The notes under the pieces: generated by a model | What the model was told of the DNA's origin: nothing | The model's database searches: none | Seen by the model: the letters and a program-made list of their open reading frames with translations, nothing else | Part shown: positions 22,145 through 30,415 of the stretch, piece after piece | Position numbering within the stretch: position 1 is the stretch's first letter | Layout of the letters: each line of letters begins with the position of its first letter | Origin: an uncultured Chloroflexia bacterium | GTDB lineage: Bacteria; Chloroflexota; Limnocylindria; QHBO01 | Length of the DNA stretch: 64,000 nucleotides | NCBI GenBank assembly: GCA_963783495.1 | Contig: CAWANT010000007.1 | Span: 133,694-197,693, forward strand | Direction: 5' to 3' | Position numbers and translations under genes: made by a program

Positions 22145-23342
22145 CAGCCGTCGCCTCCTCCGAGGACCCATCGGCCTCGAGGGCATCGCTGTCGAGCGCA
22201 CCCGTGTCGTGCCCGTCGCCTGTGTCGTGCATGTCAGCGGTGTCGTGCGCGCCCGTGTCATCCGACCCGTCGTGGGCAGCCGCCGCGGTGGCCACGCCGG
22301 CATCCGACCGGATGTCGATCCGCCAGCCCGTGAGCTTTGCGGCCAGGCGGGCGTTCTGGCCTTCCTTGCCGATGGCCAGGCTGAGCTGACGCTCCGGCAC
22401 GATCACGTTGGCGATCTTGTGCTCCTCGTCGATGCGGACGCTCAGCACCTCGGCGGGCGACAGCGCCTCGGCCACGTACTGGCCGGCGTCCTCGTGCCAG
22501 AGCACGATGTCCACCTTCTCGCCGTTCAGCTCGGCCACGATGGCCTGGATCCGCGCGCCGCGCTGCCCGACCGCCGAGCCCTTGGCGTCGACGCCCGGCT
22601 GCCGGCTCTCGACCGAGACCTTGGAGCGGCTGCCAGCCTCGCGGGCAATGCCGCGGATGACGACCGTGCCGTTGTAGATCTCGGGGATCTCCATCTCCAT
22701 CAGGCGACGCAGGAAGCCCCGGTGCGTGCGGCTGACCACCAGCACGGGTCCACGCGTCGTGCGGCGCACCTCCAGCACGTAGACCTTCAGGTGCTGCCCG
22801 ATGCGGTAGTGCTCCATCGGGCAGCTGCTCGGTGACGGCCAGGACCGCCTCGACGCCCTTGCCCATGTCGAGCACCACGGCCTGGTCGGTGGTGCGATGC
22901 ACCACGCCGGTCATGATCTCGCCCTCGCGGCTGGCGTACTGGCTGTAGACCACGTCGCGCTCCGCCTCGCGCAGGCGCTGGCGGTAGACCTGGCCCGCGG
23001 TCTGGGCCGCGATCCGGCCCAGCTGGGCCTGGGTCACGTTCTCCGGGCACGCGGACCTTGCTGCCCACGCCGGTGGCCGAGTCGATCTTCTGGGCCTGGG
23101 CGACGACCATCTGGAGCTCGGGATCCTCGAGCTCCGCCTCGCCGGCCACGACCTCGTACTCGCGGTAGACGCTGATCTCGCCGCGTCTCCGGGTCGACAT
23201 GGACGACCACGTTCTCGGGGGCGTCCGCATTGCGCCGATAGGCGGACTCGATCGCCTGCTCCAGCGTCTGGATGAGGATGTCCTGCGGCACGCCCTTCTC
23301 GGCGTTCAACTGGAGCAAGGCTCCGATGAAGTCTCGATTCAC
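22125..23342 (-). CDS. nusA: transcription termination/antitermination factor NusA, three frameshifts
   Basis: Four overlapping ORFs (23034..23381, 22787..23230, 22258..23037, 22125..22817) join into one protein. N-terminal domain [19 protein letters not shown]1 (GEIMTGVV), KH1/KH2 ([40 protein letters not shown]). GTG start at 23342. Confidence 0.9.
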
Positions 23343-23374
23343 GTCCGCACCTCGCGCCGGCGCCCTCGCGGGCA

Positions 23375-23408
23375 GAAACAAAAACGTGGGATGGCGAACC
23401 GACCCACG
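23375..23408 (-). terminator. intrinsic-terminator-like attenuator in the nusA 5' leader
   Basis: Minus-strand CGTGGG (23408..23403), a 12-nt loop, CCCACG (23390..23385), then TTTTTGTTTC (23384..23375). It lies 33 nt upstream of the nusA GTG and downstream of the TGCTATACT box. Confidence 0.5.
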
Positions 23409-23462
23409 TTGCTACTCAGTCAGTATCGATTCGGCTCGCATACGCTCGCGAAACCGACGCGA

Positions 23463-23471
23463 AGTATAGCA
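23463..23471 (-). promoter_or_regulatory. extended -10 promoter element TGCTATACT upstream of nusA
   Basis: Exact 9-mer on the sense (minus) strand about 120 nt upstream of nusA. It shares the 14 nt CGGACTGCTATACT with the rplS copy. Confidence 0.5.
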
Positions 23472-23812
23472 GTCCGCACCAGTTCCCCGCCAGCGCCGCC
23501 CTGGGCCGGCGGAGCGAATTCGTCCTCACCGGCTCAGCGAAGCGCCGGGCGATGGCGAGCTTTCGGTGTGAACGGCGCCGCCGTCGCAGTGCGCACCAGA
23601 CCGCACCCGGAGAGCCGATTCCGTACTCCGCTCCGTACTTTTGCGGTTGGCGGCCACCCTCGGCGACCCTACATTCGAGTCACGGCAACTGGGGGGAGTT
23701 CCCGAGGGGGGAGCACAGTCTGACGGCTCCCGGCAGGGGTGAGTGCCGGGACGCCGCTCAGCCATCGATCAGGCATACGACCCACTAGCCATCGCCCGGC
23801 GGCGGGCGGTAG

Positions 23813-23871
23813 CCTCCTCGCTACTAGCGGCGCACCACGCGGCATCGTCGGTGCGCAAACGAGCGGGGAGG
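23813..23871 (+). promoter_or_regulatory. structured 5' leader sequestering the SD of the Tat-protein gene (copy 1)
   Basis: Outer helix CCTCCTCGC (23813..23821) pairs with GCGGGGAGG (23863..23871, includes the SD), 9 bp with one G-U. Inner hairpin GCGCACC (23830..23836) pairs with GGTGCGC (23850..23856), with a 13-nt loop. Confidence 0.45.
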
Positions 23872-23880
23872 GACCACCTC

Positions 23881-24498
23881 ATGGGCACGCCTGTTTCTCC
23901 AGTTTCAGCACAGCCGAAGTCGCGCCGGGCCCTGCTGGTCGGCATGCTCGGCGGCCTCGGCGCCTGGGCGGCGACCGCAGTGGGTCGCGCCAGTCCGGTG
24001 CTGGCCGAGGGCGAGCACATCGCGATCGGCCGCGAGTACTCCACCGCAACCTCGCGCACTCGGCTGCGCAACCAGGCCAACCCCAGGGAGGTCTTCGTTG
24101 CCGAGAGCACCAGCAGCGGGACCGCCCTGGGCGGCATCAGCCTGTCCGGGACCGGGGTCCGTGGCCTCAGCGTCGCGTCGACCGGGGTCTACGGTGCCAG
24201 CTCGTCTGGCGTTGGCGTGCAGGCCGTCGCCACTTCCGGCCTGGCCCTCAAGGCGAGAGGTCGGGTGAGGTTCAGCACCAGTGGGGTGGCCACCATCCCC
24301 GCCGGGTCGACCAGAAAGACGGTGTCGCCGTCAGTCAGCGTATCGCCTGGCTCGTTCGTGCTCCTCACGCCGAAGGCCAATATCGGCGCGCGGGCGCTGT
24401 GGTTCACCACCAACCCCAGGCTCGACCGATTCACCATTCATATGAGCGAACCGCGGCGGTCCGGCGGGACCAGAGTGGCCTGGCTGCTGCTGGAGTAG
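23881..24498 (+). CDS. Tat-signal secreted Gly/Ser-rich repeat protein, unknown family (paralog A)
   Basis: Internal ATG of ORF 23743..24498, preceded by GGGGAGGG. Twin-arginine signal KSRRALLVGMLGGLGAWAATAVGRASPVLA, GVxG-type repeats, and a conserved C-terminal module RVRFSTSGVATIPAGST...FVLLTPK...ALWFTTNP...VAWLLLE. Confidence 0.7.
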   Translation: MGTPVSPVSAQPKSRRALLVGMLGGLGAWAATAVGRASPVLAEGEHIAIGREYSTATSRTRLRNQANPREVFVAESTSSGTALGGISLSGTGVRGLSVASTGVYGASSSGVGVQAVATSGLALKARGRVRFSTSGVATIPAGSTRKTVSPSVSVSPGSFVLLTPKANIGARALWFTTNPRLDRFTIHMSEPRRSGGTRVAWLLLE

Positions 24499-24678
24499 CG
24501 CGTCGTCCATGCCGCGGCGTGCCGGTGCCGAATTCGCGCCGATGCGCGTCGTCGGCAATGATGTTCGTCCGCAGACACCCGGGATCATCGTTGATTGCGC
24601 GGTTCCTGCAATCGCGGTCCAACCGTTGTGCTCGTTCGAGGTGATGACGTGCGGGATACCAGGCGCGACCATGTAGCC

Positions 24679-24846
24679 ATGCACACGATCACCGTTACGC
24701 CGTCTCTGACGCCCACCGCGTCCCCGACCCCATCGGTAACGCCCTCAACCAAGGATCGTTGCGTGTCCTGCGGCCGTCGGCTGTGGCCATGGAGCCGCAC
24801 CGGTCGGACCGGTCAGTACCGCCATCACCAGGTCTGCCCGCTGTAG
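24679..24846 (+). CDS. candidate 55-aa Thr/Pro-rich, Cys/His-containing peptide (speculative)
   Basis: MHTITVTPSLTPTASPTPSVTPSTKDRCVSCGRRLWPWSRTGRTGQYRHHQVCPL. GC3 is about 78% by hand count. There is no clear SD. A competing antisense ORF overlaps its start. Confidence 0.25.
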   Translation: MHTITVTPSLTPTASPTPSVTPSTKDRCVSCGRRLWPWSRTGRTGQYRHHQVCPL

Positions 24847-25001
24847 TGCTGGAGCTGTCAGCCAAGCGGTAGCGTTACCAGCGTCCTGGTACGCGGCGCT
24901 ACGGCACGTCCCCCCGCTCCCAGGCGCCCGACGAAAAGGCCGAAAGAGCCCACGCGTGGACGGCTTGGCAGGATGCATCGCACGTATCGGGGATGTTCAC
25001 C

Positions 25002-25481
25002 TCAAAAGGTGGCGATTTCGTTCTCGATTCTGAAGTCCACGAGGACGTCGCTCGTATAGCCGCCCTCGCCCGCATGCGACGGAAACGCCAGCGTGTCGGC
25101 GTCGAGCAGGGTGTAGTCACCGTTGTCGACTTGCTGCCCCGCTTGGTCGTGCGAGCCAAACTCCCCAGCCGCTGTGAACCAGTGCGAGTGCTCCAGCGGC
25201 CCTTCCGCGCCGGCGCAGGGATCGCCGGTCGCGGGTCCCTCCGCGCCACCGTAAAAGTTGCCCTGCAGCCAGCCGCGTTGCGAGTCGGCGAGTCCAGCCG
25301 CCTCGAAGGCGGACAGCATCTCCTCGCAGGCCTGCGCGCGGTGCCAGTAGCCAACGATGTCGCTCGCGATTGCCGTTGGGCCGGCTGTCTCCGTGATGGA
25401 TGACGAGGCTGCCGCGGACGGTTGCGTCGTGGTGGCGGCGCCACCGCAGCCTGCGACGATTACCACAAAGCCCGTGAGCAT
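25002..25481 (-). CDS. hypothetical lipoprotein
   Basis: Internal Met of ORF 25002..25538: MLTGFVVIVAGCGGAATTTQPS, a lipobox VAGC after a hydrophobic signal. No recognisable family. Confidence 0.6.
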   Translation of the reverse strand: MLTGFVVIVAGCGGAATTTQPSAAASSSITETAGPTAIASDIVGYWHRAQACEEMLSAFEAAGLADSQRGWLQGNFYGGAEGPATGDPCAGAEGPLEHSHWFTAAGEFGSHDQAGQQVDNGDYTLLDADTLAFPSHAGEGGYTSDVLVDFRIENEIATF

Positions 25482-25684
25482 CCCGAGCTGCCGATAGGGC
25501 CGGTGAACCACGGCGTCGCTCCTCCTCTGCGGGCGCATCGGCGTGCGTTGTGCGGTCCGTGCTGTGAACCGTAGCGATCAGGTGCTCGTGATCGTGTCAT
25601 CGATTGGACAGATTTGAGTCCAAGTTTGGGCCGACGACGCCAGCCGCTCACCGTCCTGGTTGACGGGTCCAATAATGTCGGGCC

Positions 25685-25951
25685 GTGGGCAATTGGCTCG
25701 CGTGGATGCTGGCAGCGCTGGTTGGCCTGGCCCTTACATACGTGCTCGTAGTCTCCGTGGCTGACAACCCGGAGCAAGTGGGCTACATCCTTGGCTATGT
25801 CAGCGTGGCGTTCTTCGTCGCAATCGCCGTCCGCTGGCTCTACGTGCGGCTTCGGCCAGCCGAACGCCGGCCACTGTTCTGGTCACCCTGGATCATCGTG
25901 ATCGCCGGCTTGCTATTCCTGCTCGCCCGGCTTGGGAATCAAGCGGTCTGA
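25685..25951 (+). CDS. hypothetical small membrane protein (3 TM)
   Basis: ORF 25685..25951, GTG start: WLAWMLAALVGLALTYVLVV, GYILGYVSVAFFVAIAV, WIIVIAGLLFLLA. TAATGT lies 6 nt upstream of the start, so the transcript may be leaderless. Confidence 0.5.
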   Translation: MGNWLAWMLAALVGLALTYVLVVSVADNPEQVGYILGYVSVAFFVAIAVRWLYVRLRPAERRPLFWSPWIIVIAGLLFLLARLGNQAV

Positions 25952-26008
25952 GAGGCGGATTCTACGCAGCCCGAAGTACGCCTAGCGGCCACCCGGTGGC
26001 GGGCGTAG

Positions 26009-26061
26009 CCTCCGCGATGAGCAGCGTACCCAGGAGCGTCAGCGGTGCGCGAGCACGGAGG
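26009..26061 (+). promoter_or_regulatory. structured 5' leader sequestering the SD of the Tat-protein gene (copy 2)
   Basis: CCTCCGCG (26009..26016) pairs with CACGGAGG (26054..26061). Inner hairpin GCGTACC (26024..26030) pairs with GGTGCGC (26044..26050), with a 13-nt loop. The architecture is the same as copy 1, with base changes that keep the pairing. Confidence 0.45.
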
Positions 26062-26069
26062 GACCACTC

Positions 26070-26680
26070 ATGGACATGTCTGTCTCGACCACCGCAGCCC
26101 AGACGAAGTCGCGCCGTGCGTTGCTGGTCGGGGCATTGGGCGGCCTCGGCGCCTGGGCGGCCAGCGCCGTTGGTCGGGCCAGCCCGGTGCGGGCCGACGG
26201 CGAGACCGTGGTGGTCGGCGGCTTGTACTTCAACGCCATCTCCGAAACCAGGATTCAGAACAACACAAACAACGCAACCGCCCTTGTCGGTGTGAATAAC
26301 CAAGGTGGCCAAGGGGTGCAGGGTTTCAGCTCGGCAGGCGCGGGCGTATCGGGCGCGGGTGGTCTGCGGGGCGTGGAGGGTTTCAGCTCAAGCGGCGTTG
26401 GACTGTATGGGCGGCACCCCAGGGACTTGCCCTCCAGACGCAAGGTCGCGTCAGGTTCAGCACCAGCGGCGTGGCCACCATCCCGGCTGGCAGCACGGGC
26501 AAGACCGTCAATCCGGGGGTGAACGTCACCAACGGCTCGTTCGTGCTGCTCACCCCGAAGGTGGACGTCGGCAGCCGAGCCTTATGGTTCACGACCAACC
26601 CGAGCGGCGACACGTTCCGGATCCGGATGAGCTCCGCGCGGTCGAGCGGCACCAAGGTGGCCTGGCTGCTTTTGGGGTAG
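26070..26680 (+). CDS. Tat-signal secreted Gly/Ser-rich repeat protein (paralog B), one frameshift
   Basis: ORF 26070..26522 (TKSRRALLVGALGGLGAWAASAVGRASPVRA, GVQGFSSAGAGVSG repeats) joins ORF 26471..26680 (ATIPAGSTGKTVNPGVNVTNGSFVLLTPK...ALWFTTNP...VAWLLLG). The frame switches around 26410. Confidence 0.7.
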
Positions 26681-26761
26681 GGCCGGGCCGCTGTTCGACA
26701 CTGTCGGCGTCGACAAGGTCGAGGACTTCTGGCACGACCGTCCCTGGAGTAGATTTCGCGC

Positions 26762-27043
26762 ATGTTCACGCACATCGCGATCCACACCCCCAAACCGGAA
26801 CACCGCGACGACGTCATCGCCTCGATGCAACGAGCGGGCGCTGCAAGTGATGGTGCGGAAGGCCTCCTCCAGATGGGACCGTGGCAGGAGATCGACGGCG
26901 GCCGACTCGTCGGCCTCGCCATCTGGGAGTCGCGCGATGCATTCCTCGCCGCGGCTCCGGGCATCTTCGCGGCTGTCGGCGACGACCCGTTCGACGAGTG
27001 GGAAGCCGGGCCGATCGTGAGCCTCCAGCTCGAGGAGGCCTAG
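26762..27043 (+). CDS. small ABM/Dabb-like (antibiotic biosynthesis monooxygenase fold) protein, tentative
   Basis: 93-aa ORF MFTHIAIHTPKPEHRDDVIASM...LVGLAIWESRDAFLAA. The pattern is typical of ferredoxin-like ABM domains. The call rests on motif recall only. Confidence 0.5.
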   Translation: MFTHIAIHTPKPEHRDDVIASMQRAGAASDGAEGLLQMGPWQEIDGGRLVGLAIWESRDAFLAAAPGIFAAVGDDPFDEWEAGPIVSLQLEEA

Positions 27044-27231
27044 ACCGCAGGCATCGGGGCGGCTAGTCGATGCGCGGCGGCGTCCGGGCTGCATGCGCAG
27101 GGCGTTGCGGCGCCGGCGGCTCAGCCGACGTTGTAGACCTCGTGCACCAGGCGCTCGATGCCGGCGCGCCGCCGGGCGTCGCCCTGCGGGCGACGGCGTA
27201 CCTGGCCGGAGCGCCCTATTTCGTGCTCAGA

Positions 27232-28363
27232 TCAGCCCTCGATCAGCCGTTGCACGTCCTGTATCGAGATGAGGATGACCAGCGCGATCAGGACCATGAA
27301 ACCCGTGAGGTAGATCATCGCCTCGCGCTCGGCGGGAAGCTTGCGGCGCCGCACCGCCTCGATCAGCACCACCGCGATCCGCCCGCCGTCGAGCGGCGGG
27401 AAGGGCAGCACGTTGAGCACCGCCAGGTTGACCGACAGGATGCCGACGAAGATGAGCTGGTTGACCAGCGGTGCCTGGAGCTGGCGACCGGTCTCCTCCG
27501 CGATCCCGATCGGGCCCACCGCCGAACCCCGCGCTGTCGTTCAGGCCCAACAGTCCTCCGACCGCCTCGGCCAGACCCGCCGGGGATACGGATGGCCAGG
27601 TAGCCGGCCTCGGTAGAAGCCTTTCACCAGCGCATCAACCGGCCCGCTGACGCTGGACGGCACTTCGGCGAATCGCTCCGGCTCGTAGCTGAAGCCGATG
27701 GCGCCCTTGCCCTGCGCGATGTCCTGCTCGGTCAGCTCGCGCGGGACGACAGCGACCTCGACCGGCGATCGCCGCCACGCTCGATGCCCGAGCACGACTT
27801 CGTGCCCGGCCCGTGACCGGACGTAGGCGGTCAGGTCGGCCGATGCCGGGAACGTGCGGCCATCGGCCGAAACGATCTTGTCGCCGACCTGCAGCGTGCC
27901 CTCGGCCGGGCTGTCCGCCTGGATCTCGGTCACGGTCAGCGGGCCGCGGCCCTGGGGCATCGGCATCGCCAGCGCGACCGAGAAGAGGATCGCCGGCCAG
28001 CAGGAAGTTCATGACCACGCCGGCCAGCAGGACGGCCATGCGCACGCCGATCGGCTTGCGATTGAAGGCGCCCTCCATCGCCTTGTCGACCGCCGCCTCG
28101 GAGAGGCCGCGCTCGCGCATCTTCTCGGCTTCGCTGTCGCCGTCCTCGCCCAGCATCTTCACGAAGCCGCCGAGCGGGATCCAGTTCAGCGAATAGCGCG
28201 TGCCGCGCCAGACGACCGAGGTGATGCGCGGCGGGAAGCCGATGCCGAACTCCTGGACCGTGATCCCCGCCCGCTTGGCGGCGAAGAAGTGGCCGAGCTC
28301 GTGCACCAGCACCAGCACGACCAGCACCGCCAGGAAGGCGACGATGGTGCCGAGCACTTCCAT
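27232..28363 (-). CDS. rseP: RIP metalloprotease RseP (site-2 protease, M50), two frameshifts
   Basis: ORF 27635..28483 from MEVLGTIVAF (HELGHFFAAK zinc motif), ORF 27541..27966 (PDZ region), ORF 27232..27519 (NLAVLNVLPFPPLDGG). Confidence 0.85.
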
Positions 28364-28392
28364 CAGGCGACGCCCGTCCCGAGCTCGTGCAG

Positions 28393-29514
28393 TCAGGCCG
28401 CTTCGCACCTCGGCGTCCAGCGCCAGGATGCCGTCCAGCGAGGGCTCCTCATCGGTCCCCCATCGGTCGACCGCGTGCTGCAATGGTGTCGCCGATGCGC
28501 GCGAAGGGCAGGCCGCCGGCCAGGAAGGCCGCCACCGCCACCTCGTCGGCCGCGTTCAGGATCGCGCCGCGGTTGCCGCCCGCGGCGGCGGCGCGCGCGA
28601 ACCGTGGCGTATGCGGGATACCGTGCCCTCATCCAGCGGCAGGAACTCCAGCGCGCCCCAGTCTTCGGGCGCGGCGTGACGCGCCGGCGAGGGCAGGCGT
28701 TCGGGGAAGCTGAGGGCGTACTGGATCGGGAGGCGCATGTCGGGTAGTCCGAGCTGGGCCTTGTAGGAGCCATCGGTGAACTCGACCAGCGAGTGCACGA
28801 CGCTCCGGGGGTGGATCACTGCATCAATCCTACTGTACGGAAGCCGGTACAGCCATCTGGCCTCCATGACCTCGAACGCCTTGTTGACCAGCGTGGCCGA
28901 GTCGATGGTGATCTTCGGCCCCATCTGCCACGTCGGGTGCGCGAGGGCCTCGTCCGGCGTCACGGCGTCGAGCTCGGCCAGCGGGCGGTCGCGAAACGGT
29001 CCGCCCGAGGCTGTGAGCACCAGACGCTGCACCGACTCGATCCGTTCCCCGAGCAGGCACTGCCAGATGGCCGAGTGCTCGCTGTCGATCGGACGCAGGC
29101 GATCGAGCGGGTCGCCGCCGGCGGCATCCAGCGCGGCGGCCACCAGGTGCCCGCCGGCGACCAGCGTCTCCTTGTTGGCCAGCGCCACGCGGCGTCCGGC
29201 GCGCAGGGCGGCCAGCACGGCCGGCAGCGCGGTCATACCGGTGGTGGCGACCACCACCATGTCGGTCGCCGTCGGCGGTGGCCAGCTCCTCCAGGCCGCC
29301 ATCGGCCCAGCGCCCGGCGTCCAGGTCGGCGGGGCGTCCAGCCGCGAGCCCAGGCGCGCGCATCCGGCCATGCCGCCAGCTGCTCCTCGAGCCCCGGATG
29401 CTGCCACCGGCCGCCAGGCCGGTCACCCGGAATCGGTCGAGGTGCGGCCTGGATGACTTCCAACGCCTGGCGTCCGATCGACCCGGTGCTGCCGAGGACA
29501 GCGACCCCGATCAC
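28393..29514 (-). CDS. dxr: 1-deoxy-D-xylulose 5-phosphate reductoisomerase, multiple frameshifts
   Basis: GTG start at 29514 ([20 protein letters not shown]) overlaps the cdsA stop as GTGA. The core is in ORF 28556..29407 ([47 protein letters not shown]). The 3' end is ambiguous between 28364 and 28393. Confidence 0.85.
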
Positions 29515-30412
29515 GTGCCGGCGCCCACGACCAGCAGCGCGTAGCCGGCCAGCACGGGAGCGGCGAACAGGAACGAGTCGATGCGATCGAGCATGCCGCC
29601 GTGCCCGGGGAACAGGAAGCCGGAGTCCTTCCGGTTGGCGGCGCGCTTGAGCAGCGACTCGGCCAGGTCCCCCGCCTGCGCCACGAGTGCCGATCAGCGG
29701 GCCGATGACCAAGGCGTGCCACGGCGCCATGCCCCACCAGCCAGGTGCCGATGCCCGCTGCGATGGTGGCCGCGACCAGGCCGCCGGCCAGCCCTTCGAT
29801 CGTCTTGGACGGGCTGACGTGGTCGATCAGCCGCCGCCGCCCGATCCAGCGGCCGGTCAGGTAGGCGCCGGTGTCGTAGCCCCACACCAGCAGCAGCAGC
29901 GTGATCAGCCACGCGGTGCCGGCCTTCAGCGCCAGGCCGCCGACTTCCGTGGCCGCGCTGCCGTCGGCCGGGCCCAGGTGACCGACCAGAGCCACGAAGG
30001 GCAGCAGCAGGGAGATGTACGCGACACCGAAGGAAGAGGTGGCCCAGGTGAGGAAGCCGGCCCGCGGATCGGGCCGCGTGAAGGCCGCCACCGCCAGCAC
30101 CAGCACCGCCGCCACGAAGGCCATCACCGGGAGCCCCGGAATGACGGTCGCCGACAGCAGGTTGGAGAGCAGCTCCCCCACTGAGTCCTGGTTGGCGGCG
30201 ACCAGGGTCGCGCCCGCCACGACCAGGCCGACAGCCATGAGCACCACCTGTGGTGGCTCGAAGCCGGCGGCATCCAGCAGGCCGATGAGCTCGGCCAGGG
30301 CCAGGAACACGACCAGGCCCACCAGCAGCGACAGCCAGGGCTCGCCGAGCCACGCGACGACCACAATCAGCGGCGCGAGGATGGCCGCGGTCAGCACGCG
30401 GGTGCGGAGCAT
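29511..30412 (-). CDS. cdsA: phosphatidate cytidylyltransferase, two frameshifts
   Basis: ORF 29423..30412 is multi-TM ([23 protein letters not shown]). The hand-translated end [45 protein letters not shown] is in a third frame. Confidence 0.85.
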
Positions 30413-30415
30413 CGG

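Noticed and set aside
23601-23650. A direct repeat TCCGTACT-ccgc-TCCGTACT followed by TTTT on the plus strand, as a terminator or operator.
   Set aside because: The possible stem is only GGAG/CTCC plus one more pair, with a 13-nt loop and a 4-nt T-tract offset from the stem. No plus-strand gene ends upstream of it. It is too weak to call.
23691-23711. Two G6 runs (GGGGGGAGTTCCCGAGGGGGG) as a possible G-quadruplex or regulatory element.
   Set aside because: There are only two G-tracts, which is not enough for a canonical intramolecular quadruplex. Homopolymer runs are also the least reliable bases in this error-prone sequence.
23343-23880. A degraded rimP in the 538-bp space upstream of nusA, which is the right size and position.
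   Set aside because: I hand-translated all three minus-strand frames and found no RimP-like stretch. There is only a vague TESSPSPGAS, against the expected LEVSSPG-DRPL context. The region contains promoter and terminator-like elements and is AT-richer, so I treat it as intergenic.
24331-24684. A minus-strand 117-aa ORF (MHGYMVAPGIPHVITSNEHNGWT...) in the island.
   Set aside because: Its last 168 nt run antisense through the well-supported Tat-protein gene A. Its GC3 is no better than that of the competing plus-strand small ORF, and it has no recognisable motifs.
27121-27231. A 36-codon stop-free stretch in frame just after the rseP stop, ending ...ARRRAGIERLVHEVYNVG*. It could be a gene remnant or a read-through extension.
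   Set aside because: It has no start codon, I recognise no family, and it is too short to judge. It may be a relic of whatever gene once followed rseP, but that is unsupported.
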